A stretch of 39,169 bases of DNA from a virus (taxonomy: Duplodnaviria; Caudoviricetes), in the IMG/VR virus record IMGVR_UViG_3300012953_000076, positions 1-39,169 of that record; one strand, 5' to 3'. Position numbers and translations under genes: made by a program. The notes below the pieces were generated by a model that saw nothing but the letters and a program-made list of their open reading frames with translations, was not told the DNA's origin and searched no databases. The number at the start of each line of letters is the position of its first letter. Positions within the stretch are counted from its first letter, which is position 1. Shown here piece by piece: positions 28,501 to 36,900 of the stretch.

Positions 28501-30143
28501 CTGGTGATGAGATGACTGCACCTAATTCAGAATTAGGTGGAGTTGGTTCTGGATTTAAATTAACAGCAAGTACTATAGTATCAGAAACTACTGCATCTAT
28601 AGATGAGAAAACAGGAACACTAACAGTAAAAGTATTCAATTCTGATTTACTTACTATTGGTAGTTCTTTAAATTTAACTGAAGCAGGTATCTCTAAATTA
28701 ACTGGAGGTAATTTACTTCTTTCTACAGTTACTGATAGTTTCGTCCAAATGGGTGGAAATCAGGCAACAATGATTCCAACAGGAACTAGTGCACAACGTC
28801 CTGTTGGTCAAGAAGGTATGATTCGCTATAATAGCGAAGTTAAACAATTTGAAGGATATAACGGAATATCATTTGTATCTTTAGGTGGAGTTAGAGACGT
28901 TGACCTTGATACTTATGTTACTGCAGAAAATACAACTGCTTTAGATGATGATACATTTAGATTTTATAATGAAAATGTTAATACAATAACTCTTACTAAA
29001 GACATATATCAGATTAGTAATGTAGATGAGTTTAATCATGTAGATTTAAATAATGTATCTCTTTGGGTAGAATCTACTGCAGTTGTATCTCCTTATGATG
29101 CTTCAACTTTTGATCCTACTGCTAATGTTGATACTTCAGCAAATACAATTACACTTACTGCACATAATCTTATAGAAAGTGTTAATGTAACATATCAAGG
29201 TACTGGAACAGATATTGGAGGAATTACTAGTGGTAATGATTACTTTGTACATGTTGTAGATGCAAATACTATACAATTAGCACAAGATGCTACATCTCTT
29301 GCTAACCAACAATATATTTCATTCTCATCAACATCTCCAGATGCTTCACATACACTTACTCCAGTAACTGCTACTGTAACTGATATTCTTTGGTATTCGG
29401 CAGACAATGTATATTCAGTAACAGGTACTGGTACCTTTGATGCTAGTGCTAGTAATTCTCCAACACATACTACTGGTGCTGTTGCTAATGGAACTGCACA
29501 ATTAACTTGGGTTAGAACCATATATTCAGATCCAGTATATCGTGCAAAAGATATTGATTTTGTATTAGAGAATTTTAAAATTAATAGTGGTGCAATTAAA
29601 TTTAATAGTGCATCAGTTAGTGGATCTATTATTAGTGATAAAGATACTTTAAATGTTGGATTTGATAACACTGGAGATAAAGTATTATTTGGAGCAACTA
29701 AAACTGGTGGAATATTTGTTAACACTGGTTATATTGCTGGTACAACTGCTAACATAGAAATATTAGATTATGAATTAAATGAATTTACTTTAAAAGATAC
29801 TAAAGTATTATCAGCAGATGCAACTCTTGATACGGCAGTTGGTAACTCAACATCGTTAGCATTTAAACCATACACTGAAGGTTTCTCTGGTAAGTTTATG
29901 GTTGAGATAAAAGATAATTCAGCAACACCTAAGAGACAATTCTCAGAAATTAGTTTCCTTTGTGTATCTGATGGTTCAGCAATAATTTATACTGAGGTAA
30001 GTAAGATATATACTGATGTAGTCCTATGTGATGTTTCTGTAGATATTGTTTCTAACAATATCACATTACTTGTTCAAGATTCTCAAAATTCCTCAACGGT
30101 TGTCTATACCGTTAAGGCAATACACAATAGCATTCTAGCATAA
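22521..30143 (+). CDS. Giant tail-fibre-like virion protein (2540 aa): gp37-like N-terminus, beta-helix-like region, LamG domain, Gly-rich repeats, cupredoxin-like domain
   Basis: MATRIQPKRS...P----L-DKEIALN--DRKLF resembles my recollection of the T4 gp37 N-terminus. WFVS-NG-D...PFRTLKYA...GEYEE starts a beta-helix-like region. LamG motifs at ~23640-24230, HPF...YYCEQHPNM, and P-GTSAQRP----GMIRYNSE--QFEGY fibre motif. Confidence 0.82.
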   Translation: MATRIQPKRSTTPNSKPLVADLRDKEIALNIPDRKLFINNNGTVEELLNGVPNDETITTSMFSSNITDGVGKTWFVSTNGTDKATVGGNNPLNTAAQNSNQWGATGSTPFRTLKYALDNYAQSGDTVIVTAGEYEETFPLSIPAGVAIRGGGQKNTFIKPSTGTNLLDAFWIIGDCMIEDITIKDYFYDSGNDTGYAFRLKSGYSITTEGRRPYIKGVSIITKGSVTSASDPRGFNQGDAGRGALIDGSVVATTSSEAVILFNECTFVLPNSRGLYLKNGARAEWLNSFTYFAQDSIVGENPGGSGFAGQGKTRLKLNGVTGTFNATDTIELRNAANTVIASGTIDSNDGTYIKISGQGTGEFVEAAASTDGKSITVQGDAQLSTTQKKFGTASVLLDGTGDYLELATSSDFGFGTGDFAIEAFVYPTTIAAGKIFDFRTASPEVAALIDMDGSGTVQLNVNGSNVISGGTLTANSWFHIAVSRVSGTTSLFVNGTRVGAAYTDSNNYGNTKPLKIGANLNGADAFTGYIDEIRVSKGQARYANAASITVPTAEFTPDVNTSLLIHANGLSGSTEILDGGITSQNIQSSSGGAAQFITLADYTDFGGELRSIGSASVYGTRGITADGKGVRLRCSVHNFGYVGLGADQSNDISNVLQANEVIEQNGGRALFTSMDQNGDFRVGNAFFVDQERGTVSFAGGDSGGTTFDQLTVSGSGNTTTILPTQITVGNLGFSGDQIINNTTNGIEFGSTLELLDGDSADPSLTFINDNSSGIFRDNDYTEYTINDANEETTTVIGKPWALGFNDSRKLQIGRINWSLVNLAVAASNIGTITNVSLGTNYSPGQHSSPVTGGAGTGATLNYEIWPFTVNITNVGSGYTPGQTQQEAIQNTSGNGNGGSIDVEVHGIETATLAGGSGYYTGDLGNGHTFGNIPFQGGSGTNGAASLEVDANGNIVTVTITQHGTGYNNGEVLTVNNSDLIYTNNQGGESTSGGAGFSWTLTAQPGSVKAITPVMNPWDGQFYRVNDVITFNDSISTGSNFSATVNAVGIPQTATLGSAGEGYNVGDRLNPTFVIDTADPVGGGSWNEQADGIFNYITYNLKVDAGTTHGGNSYFIDKLDGNGWVEHPDLTLERGYAYSFVFTDGNAMAHPFHWSTTEDGTHGGGTRYETNIRKHWDSNGVEDGSQIFVTDVTPATLHYYCEQHPNMGGPSGQRNQTTMSGTWGTGLAVDVATLSRNKKVEIFTDGTAKYDGRITSAGLTATQNVQIESGGNLVTIPAAGPVGGDITCGGNLTVAGNATVDGDLLIKGTSEFSATVGGAGEVAIGDVNADTVNIKGDVLFNPVYGTAVPPATVGPLTSAQLFLDYSEAKFGFFEFEPKSEVDITGRLHNTADAFLASTGGETLHVGRDQETYTANPGITLDVAGDQNLTGHIIVQDGSDIDPSIRFTSSASAINPPGIFANPLTGASYGTAFTNESGKILEVNPGEVKFYRNADFVFDKIGDTVLTNGSGYVNGQYANISLTGGSGGGLKADLTVGFGVDITTAGAGYSDAEYANVNITSVSSVAAGAIQTFGITNGGADYVNGTYTAVPITGGNGTSATADITISGGGVISIVPNNTGSNYQAADAVTISAADVGGSKLSSVTIGTAGTGYTDGTYLNVPILTSSGSGSGAKANMTVSGGAVTVCTIANDQGGGYTLSDTLTVDGDELTVAVANNGTITAAGNNYANGSYTGVVTTMTNTRDGLAGNGLTLDVVVSGNQVTGATINAGGTNYQVNDTLAVDSGNIGGTGAGIINTVNITNAGTGYTDGVYPGVALTGGTGSNATAEVTINGGAVDVITITNGGSGYSSSDNLGLTGYAGAQLTVTALVSPSGFEFTVSAITVGSGVVLTPSNVITGAGSVLSVATVSTGTGGSNGTANITVISGAVTAVAISDAGTGYSIGDTIRVNDADMEYDDGAGNIVTSATPTQQMLLTIDTLGEVTIATISDEGEGYKAGDEMTAPNSELGGVGSGFKLTASTIVSETTASIDEKTGTLTVKVFNSDLLTIGSSLNLTEAGISKLTGGNLLLSTVTDSFVQMGGNQATMIPTGTSAQRPVGQEGMIRYNSEVKQFEGYNGISFVSLGGVRDVDLDTYVTAENTTALDDDTFRFYNENVNTITLTKDIYQISNVDEFNHVDLNNVSLWVESTAVVSPYDASTFDPTANVDTSANTITLTAHNLIESVNVTYQGTGTDIGGITSGNDYFVHVVDANTIQLAQDATSLANQQYISFSSTSPDASHTLTPVTATVTDILWYSADNVYSVTGTGTFDASASNSPTHTTGAVANGTAQLTWVRTIYSDPVYRAKDIDFVLENFKINSGAIKFNSASVSGSIISDKDTLNVGFDNTGDKVLFGATKTGGIFVNTGYIAGTTANIEILDYELNEFTLKDTKVLSADATLDTAVGNSTSLAFKPYTEGFSGKFMVEIKDNSATPKRQFSEISFLCVSDGSAIIYTEVSKIYTDVVLCDVSVDIVSNNITLLVQDSQNSSTVVYTVKAIHNSILA
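27021..28580 (+). repeat. Six nested Gly/Thr-rich protein modules (GxxYxxGxY...GGxG..A...GxxY..xD) in the 2540-aa protein
   Basis: Openers GSGYVNGQY, GAGYSDAEY, GADYVNGTY, GTGYTDGTY, GNNYANGSY, GTGYTDGVY, seen directly in the translation. Confidence 0.8.
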
Positions 30144-30916
30144 TGGCAACAAAAATAGTAAAATCATTTCAATCTGAAGGTGGATTCTCTGTAAAGGAGG
30201 CAACCATTATTGATGAAAATAGACACATTATTGATGCTGCTAGTGTAAAGGTTTTAGATGATTCTAATACTAGAACATTTAAGAAAGAATATGTTGTTCA
30301 TGGTTCTTTGAATGATGCTACAACATCTATTGAGATGACACCAACTCATACAGTAGCAGCAGACAGAATTGTCTTTGTTACTGGATTTATGTTAGGTACT
30401 TGGAAAGGTTATCCAGTAGCTACATATAATGTGGGTGCTAATGATACAACTGTAACTTGTTCATTAGCTGAACATGGATTGAGTCAAGGTGATGTAATTA
30501 GTATTGAATTTCAATCACCTTATTTGTCATCTAATGGTAATTTCACAGTGGCAAGTGTAGTTGATATAAACACATTTACATTTACTACTACAAATCCTCT
30601 AAATGTCAATAACGCTGTTGTTGGTGCATTTTTAGAGATTACATCTATGGGTCTTAACTGGGAACAAGCAATTAAAATTGAATCTGCAGTTCTGAGTGAT
30701 ACATTGCAGCAACTAACTATTGCAGCACAAAATAAAACAGTTGTTAAAGATAACACTCCTCCAGGTCAAACTTGGGATATAAACGCTATCATTAACAATA
30801 CAACTAAGGTTCTTACCTTTACTCCATCCGTCACAGCAGCAAAACTACAATATCGTGGTAATGGTGTTAGATGGAGTGGAAAAGTTGAAATAGTATATAC
30901 CGAAAGGAACTACTAA
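30143..30916 (+). CDS. Hypothetical virion-associated protein (257 aa)
   Basis: TAATG coupling to the upstream gene. F-SEGGFSV N-terminal motif and an internal HGL--GD-I-I...NG-FTV------TFTF beta module. Confidence 0.75.
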   Translation: MATKIVKSFQSEGGFSVKEATIIDENRHIIDAASVKVLDDSNTRTFKKEYVVHGSLNDATTSIEMTPTHTVAADRIVFVTGFMLGTWKGYPVATYNVGANDTTVTCSLAEHGLSQGDVISIEFQSPYLSSNGNFTVASVVDINTFTFTTTNPLNVNNAVVGAFLEITSMGLNWEQAIKIESAVLSDTLQQLTIAAQNKTVVKDNTPPGQTWDINAIINNTTKVLTFTPSVTAAKLQYRGNGVRWSGKVEIVYTERNY

Positions 30917-30921
30917 ACAAA

Positions 30922-30929
30922 GATAAATA
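30922..30929 (+). promoter_or_regulatory. Late promoter NATAAATA (GATAAATA)
   Basis: Lies in the 39-bp intergenic gap, 26 nt before ATG 30956, followed by an AGGA SD-like sequence. Matches the NATAAATA cyanophage late consensus. Confidence 0.72.
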
Positions 30930-30955
30930 AATCAATAGAGGAAGCATAGGATCAA

Positions 30956-33900
30956 ATGGCTTTAGAATTAAATGCTGATAAGCAGATTATTCAGTCAGAA
31001 TCACTCAAAATCAAGAATGACACGAGTGTCAGAATTGACTTAGGAGGTGGTGCTGACGAGAAGACGGCTATTTTTGGTAACTTAACAGCAGACGCTGATA
31101 AACTTGTTCGTATAGGTATCAATACCTTAAATCCTCAATATGAATTGGACGTTGAAGGTCAGATAAGAACGACCACATCTATTATTTCCGATACTGCTCG
31201 TATCGCAAACTTGGACATTGATACGATTGTTAACCCAAGTTTGGCTCTAAGAGCACCAGTTTTAAATACTTTTACAGATCCTAACACTAACGAGCTCCTC
31301 TATCCTCGTTCAACTACACCACCATATAGTGATGATAGTTCAAAGATCGCTACAACAAACTTTGTCTATAACATTGCTACTAACGACGTTGGTGGTCGTA
31401 TTTACGTTTCAGCACAGATAGGTTCTGATACATTTGATGGACGTTCTGCTACAAAACCAGTTAGAACGATTAAGAGAGCAACACAACTTGCTGCTACAAC
31501 TGTTGATAAAGAAACAATTATTGTTGCAGGTGGTGAATATTTAGAAGATAACCCAATTTCTCTACCAGATCTATGTTCTGTTGTTGGTGATAACATTCGT
31601 TTGACGATTTGCAGACCAGCAAATCCTGGCAAACATATGTTCAAAGCATCTGATGAGAACTATGTTACTGGTATTACTTTCCGAGATCAAGTTGATGGTA
31701 ATAATATACCAATTAAAACTTGGAAATATGCTTATGTATTTGATGACAAGCAAAGATTCTATTATCCAAAATCTTTAGGTGGACAGTATGGTAGAACATT
31801 TAATTTAGGTCATAAGATTTCTGCTGCACAAGAGTGGAAGTTAAACTTTAATTCTAATGGTGGTGGAGTATTATTAGTTCCTGGTATTACAGTAACATCA
31901 GTTACAGGTGGTACTGGTCTAATTACAGAGGTTGTATTTGATACTGCTACAGATCAATCTGGATATGTTGTTATAAACAGTATTACTGGTTTGATTGAAT
32001 CTACTGGTTCTGTATATACTTACGATGCAAATGATCCAGTAGTATCATATAATCTATCAGTTGCTAATGCTGAACAGTTAACTCCTGATGGACAGGTTGT
32101 TAAGCATCAAACTACACATGCTTCTTATAGTGTAGCAAAAGTTAAGTATGATCCTTTATTATATAAGAATGGTTTAATTGTAACTATTTCTGGTGACAAT
32201 ACTTATCATGATTATGAAGTTGGTCAATATGTTAGATTTGTAAACTTCCCAGATGCTGGAACATATGGTGATCTTGATAGATTTAATGGTCGTCAATATG
32301 TTTCTCATAGAATTGAAACTACTGATGGATTCAGTACTCAATTTGTAGTATATAAAGATAATCCAACAGATCTTGGATCATTAGGTGCTCCTAGTGGAGA
32401 ATTGGGTGTTACTAACTTCGCTGTTACTGTAACGTCTGATGATCATTATGTTTCATTCTCTTTAGACAACTCTCCACGTAAGTTTGTAACGTCTACAAAG
32501 AATGGTAACAGGTATCTTGATGCTACAGATTTAATTGATAGAAACAAAGCAGGTATTGCAGATCAAGCATTAAAGAGAGCAAAGAAAGAATATCCAGCAT
32601 TAATGTGTGCTGATGAAGCAAAATGTATTAATGATATTGGTTATGTTGTAGATGCTATTAACTATGACCTCACATGGGGTGGTAATGCAGCAACTAAGGA
32701 AGCAGCTGAATACTATTACACTGGTGGTGTATTAAATCACCTAGTTGGATCATTACAAGAAAGTGAGTATACATTTGCACAAGCAAGAGACCTGTCTATA
32801 CAGGCAATGAGAAACCAGTTAGCATATGTTGATAGTTCAACAGAAGCTGCTATTACTCGTGTAGGAAGTCATACTAATACCTATAAATCTGTTATTTGGG
32901 ATAACGAGAAATTTATTGCTGTAGGTGCTGGTGGAATGATCCACACATCTGCTGATGGATCTACTTGGACTGCACAAACTTCAGGAACTGCTAATACTTT
33001 AAATGATGTTCTTTTTAATAAGTGGGCAGTTGGAGAAAGAGGAGTACCAGAATATATTACTGTTGGTGATGCTGGAACAATACTAACATCTAATGATCCA
33101 ACAGGTACTTGGTATAGTAAAACTTCAGGAGTAAGTGATACTTTACTCTCAATTGCTTATGATGGTACAACTTATGTTGCTGTTGGTGACAATGGTGTTA
33201 TAAGGACATCTCAAAATGGTAACACTTGGGTTGCAGGAAATAGTGGTATATCTACTCAACTTAATGATGTAATATACAATGATGATTATGATACATTCTA
33301 TGCTGTCGGTACTGCTGGTGTAATACGTAAATCTACAGATTCTGGTGCTACTTGGAGTGCATTAGAGAGTGGTACAACATCTAAGATCTTATGGGCTATA
33401 ACATGGTCTGAAGGTAGGATGATTGTTAGTGGTCAAGATGGATATGTTATTATAAGTGATGATGGTGGTGTAACATGGGAAACTAATACTTTAACAAATG
33501 AAGTTACATCTGATCGTAATCAAGATGCTGCTGATTTATTATTAGGAAATAAGAAATTACTTGGTGCTCAAGGTTTATATAATTACCTACAAGGTGATGG
33601 ATCAGGTCATACAGTTCCTACAGGAAATATGGCTTGTGTTGATGATATTGTAGATATCGTAGAAGCAATTGCATATAACTTAAGACATGGTGGAAATGAT
33701 AGAGTATGGGAAGCTGCAAATTATTTTGTTGGTACAGTTCATTTAGATGGAGAAGAATCAGAAGCAATTGGTGCAATAAATGCTGCTATAGTTTTAGCTA
33801 AAACTGTAATTCGTAATCAAAGTATTACTGTTAACTATGTTAATGATGCAACTTATGTTGCCTCTCTTGAAGAACCATATAAGGCACTTACACAATTTAC

Positions 33901-36900
33901 AAAACCAGATATTACTCTAGATTACTCAGAGGGTACTAGACATTCTGCTACTAATGCAACATATGATCCAGATACTGGTGTAGTTCAGTTAACCATTGCT
34001 AGTCATGGATTTGAGAATGGAGAGTATATTAAGATTGATACTGATGCATTGAAGTTTACCTGTAATATGGATGGTAACTTCTCTACTCACTCATATCCAA
34101 GAGCAGAAGATCCTGCAAATGATGCATGGTTACAGATATTTGGTAAGACAACTGATACTATAGATGTATTTGTTGGTAGAGCATTTAATACATCATTTGA
34201 ACCTACTGATGGATCATACGATCCAGAAACTGGTTTGATGACTCTTACTGTTGGTGAAAACAGATTTAAAGCACCTTCAGAACATACAGTAACAGACGCT
34301 GCATATAATCCAAGTACTGGTATTCTTACTTTAACAGTTCCACATCATGGATTCTATGAAAATGATCATATCTTAATTGAAGATGGATCTATTAAATTAA
34401 GTTGTAACTTTGGTGGTGCTTCAGGTGCTGCTGCAGAAAAGGATTACCCACGTGCTACAGACCCTGTGAGTGGTCGCTGGCTAAACATATGGAATATAAC
34501 CAGAGATACATTTGATGTACAAGTTTTAGATACTGTACCTTCAACAAACACAGACCCACATTCATTTGTTAGTGCAGTTGCTAATGGTCTTAAGCATTCA
34601 TCTGAGAATGTAAAACTTAACACTGGTGGTGTATCATTTAGTTGTAATCCTGGTGGTGGAGTTCAGACAGTTGCATATCCGAGAAATACTGTTGATAGTT
34701 TAAATACTCCAACAGGTGCAACATATGATCCTGCAACTGGTGTATTCCAAACAACAATTAATAGTCATGGATTAAAGAATGGTGACTGGGTTAAATTTGC
34801 TACAGGAACATTTAGATTCCAATGTACTATGGATGGTGGTAGTTCTCCTAAGGATTATCCACGTGCCTCTGATCCAGTTAATGATAAGTGGTTAAAGGTA
34901 ACTAATGTAACTGCAAATACTTTTGAAGTTAATGTAGGTAAATCTCCTATAGTAGGATTTGATGCATCTTCAGGTTCATATGATGCTGCAACTGGTATAT
35001 TAGAACTTAATATCGGTGCTCATACTTTAGCACAAGGTACTTCTGTTAAGATTCCTAAGGAATCCTTACAGTTCAAGTGTGGTATGGATAATAATACCGC
35101 TACTAAAGTTTATCCTAGAACTACCGATCCAGCATATGATACTGCATTAGAAATTACTGAAGCAACAGCAAATACAATTAAACTTAATGTTGGACAATCT
35201 CCTTTAGTTAATCATGATATAACCAACGCTACTTACGATGCTGCAACTGGTCTTGTAGTAATGACACTTGTTGGTGCCCATGGTCTAACTCAAGATGAAA
35301 GTATTAGAATTGGAGATAATAAATTAACCTTTACTTGTACAATGGATGGTAATGCTACCAACCATACTTATCCAAGAGAAGGTGATCCTGCATATCAAAC
35401 TGCACTTCCAATTACTAATGTATCTGGACAAGATATTACAGTTAATGTTGGAACATCTCCAATAGTTAATAAGACAGTAACTGCTGCAATTTACAACCCT
35501 AATTCTGGTGACCTAGTATTAACAATTGGTAACCATACTTTAAGACAGGGAACAAATATTAAACTAGCGACTGAATCATTAATATTCACATGTACTTTAG
35601 ATGCTGATGATTCAAATCCTAATGGTGTTAGTCAAAAGTCATATCCTCGTGCATCAGGTGCTAACACATCTAATGGTGCTGACTATGCATATGATACACC
35701 TATACCTATTACAGCAGTAACATCTGACACAATTACAATCAATGTAAATGGTGGTCAAGGTGCTATTTCTGATCTTTCTACACATACATTTGTATCTGGT
35801 ACTAACGCTGTTGTAACAGGTGGTAACTACACTCATACATGGGCAGGTGGAACTTCTACTGCTGCTGTTATTTCTGGTGGTGACTATCCTCATACATTCC
35901 AAACTGTAGCAGGTTTAACACCTAATGATGCATCATATAACTTCACTACTGGTAAATTATCTTTAACCTTTGCTAGTGCACATGGTTTAACAACTGATGA
36001 TTACGTTAAACTTGATGAGAATGCAATATCATTTACTTGTGCTATGGATGGAAATACTGCAACTAAGCAGTATCCACGTACTAGTGATCCTACTTTTGGT
36101 CAGTTTGTACAATTAGAAAATGTAACTACACTTGGATTTGATCTTGATGTAGGTGCTTCTCCACTTGTAAGTTATAATGTATCTAATGCTGAATATACTC
36201 CAACGAGTGGTTTATTGAAACTTACTCTTAGTAAAGCAGGTACGGAAAAGCATGATCTTAAAGTTGGTACTAATATTAAACTGGATACAGATTCAATATC
36301 ATTTAAGTGTGGTTTAGATAACTTTAATTCTACTAAGACATATCCTCGTGCAAATGGTACAGGTGGTGCTACTGCAGATGATCCAGGATACGATACTCCA
36401 TTAACAATTATTGATGCTGATGATAGCTCCATTACTATTAATGTTGGTACTTCATCTGATACCTCAGAACATCAATTCGTTACTGCATCTGCTGGTGCTG
36501 TTAAGAGTGGTGGTGGATATGCTCACGTATTTGCTGGTGCAGCAAATAATTCAGTTAAGAGAGCACAGGTTTTATCAGGCGGTAACTACGCTCATACATT
36601 CGTATCTTCTCCTGGTGGTGGAGTAAGTAAGAAGAGAGATAGAGCATTTGATACTAATATTCCTGTAGTTTCTAAAACTAATGATAGCGTAACTCTATTT
36701 GTTGGTATAAGCACAAGTGTTTATGCTCATACTTTTGTCAGTGCAGCTCCTGCTGCTTTAATTGCAGGTGGTAACTACGTTCATACATTCTTATCTGCTG
36801 ATGTTAATAGTATTATTAAGAATGGTGCTGAAAGTCCAACTACATCATGTACTGATGTTATTAACTCAATAGTTACATTGAATACTATTGTTACGTCGGC

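Noticed and set aside
27947-28639. 230-aa minus-strand ORF and the other antisense ORFs (e.g. 10398-10763, 16141-16581, 29240-29725)
   Set aside because: They lie wholly inside long + strand genes and give Pro/Val/Thr-rich mirror translations expected from Gly/Thr/Asn codon bias. No recognisable motifs.
33941-36825. CRISPR array, DGR template/variable repeat pair or invertible cassette as explanation for the repeats
   Set aside because: Similarity is at the protein level with diverged codons. I saw no long identical or adenine-only-mismatched nucleotide repeats, and no reverse transcriptase or recombinase in the window.
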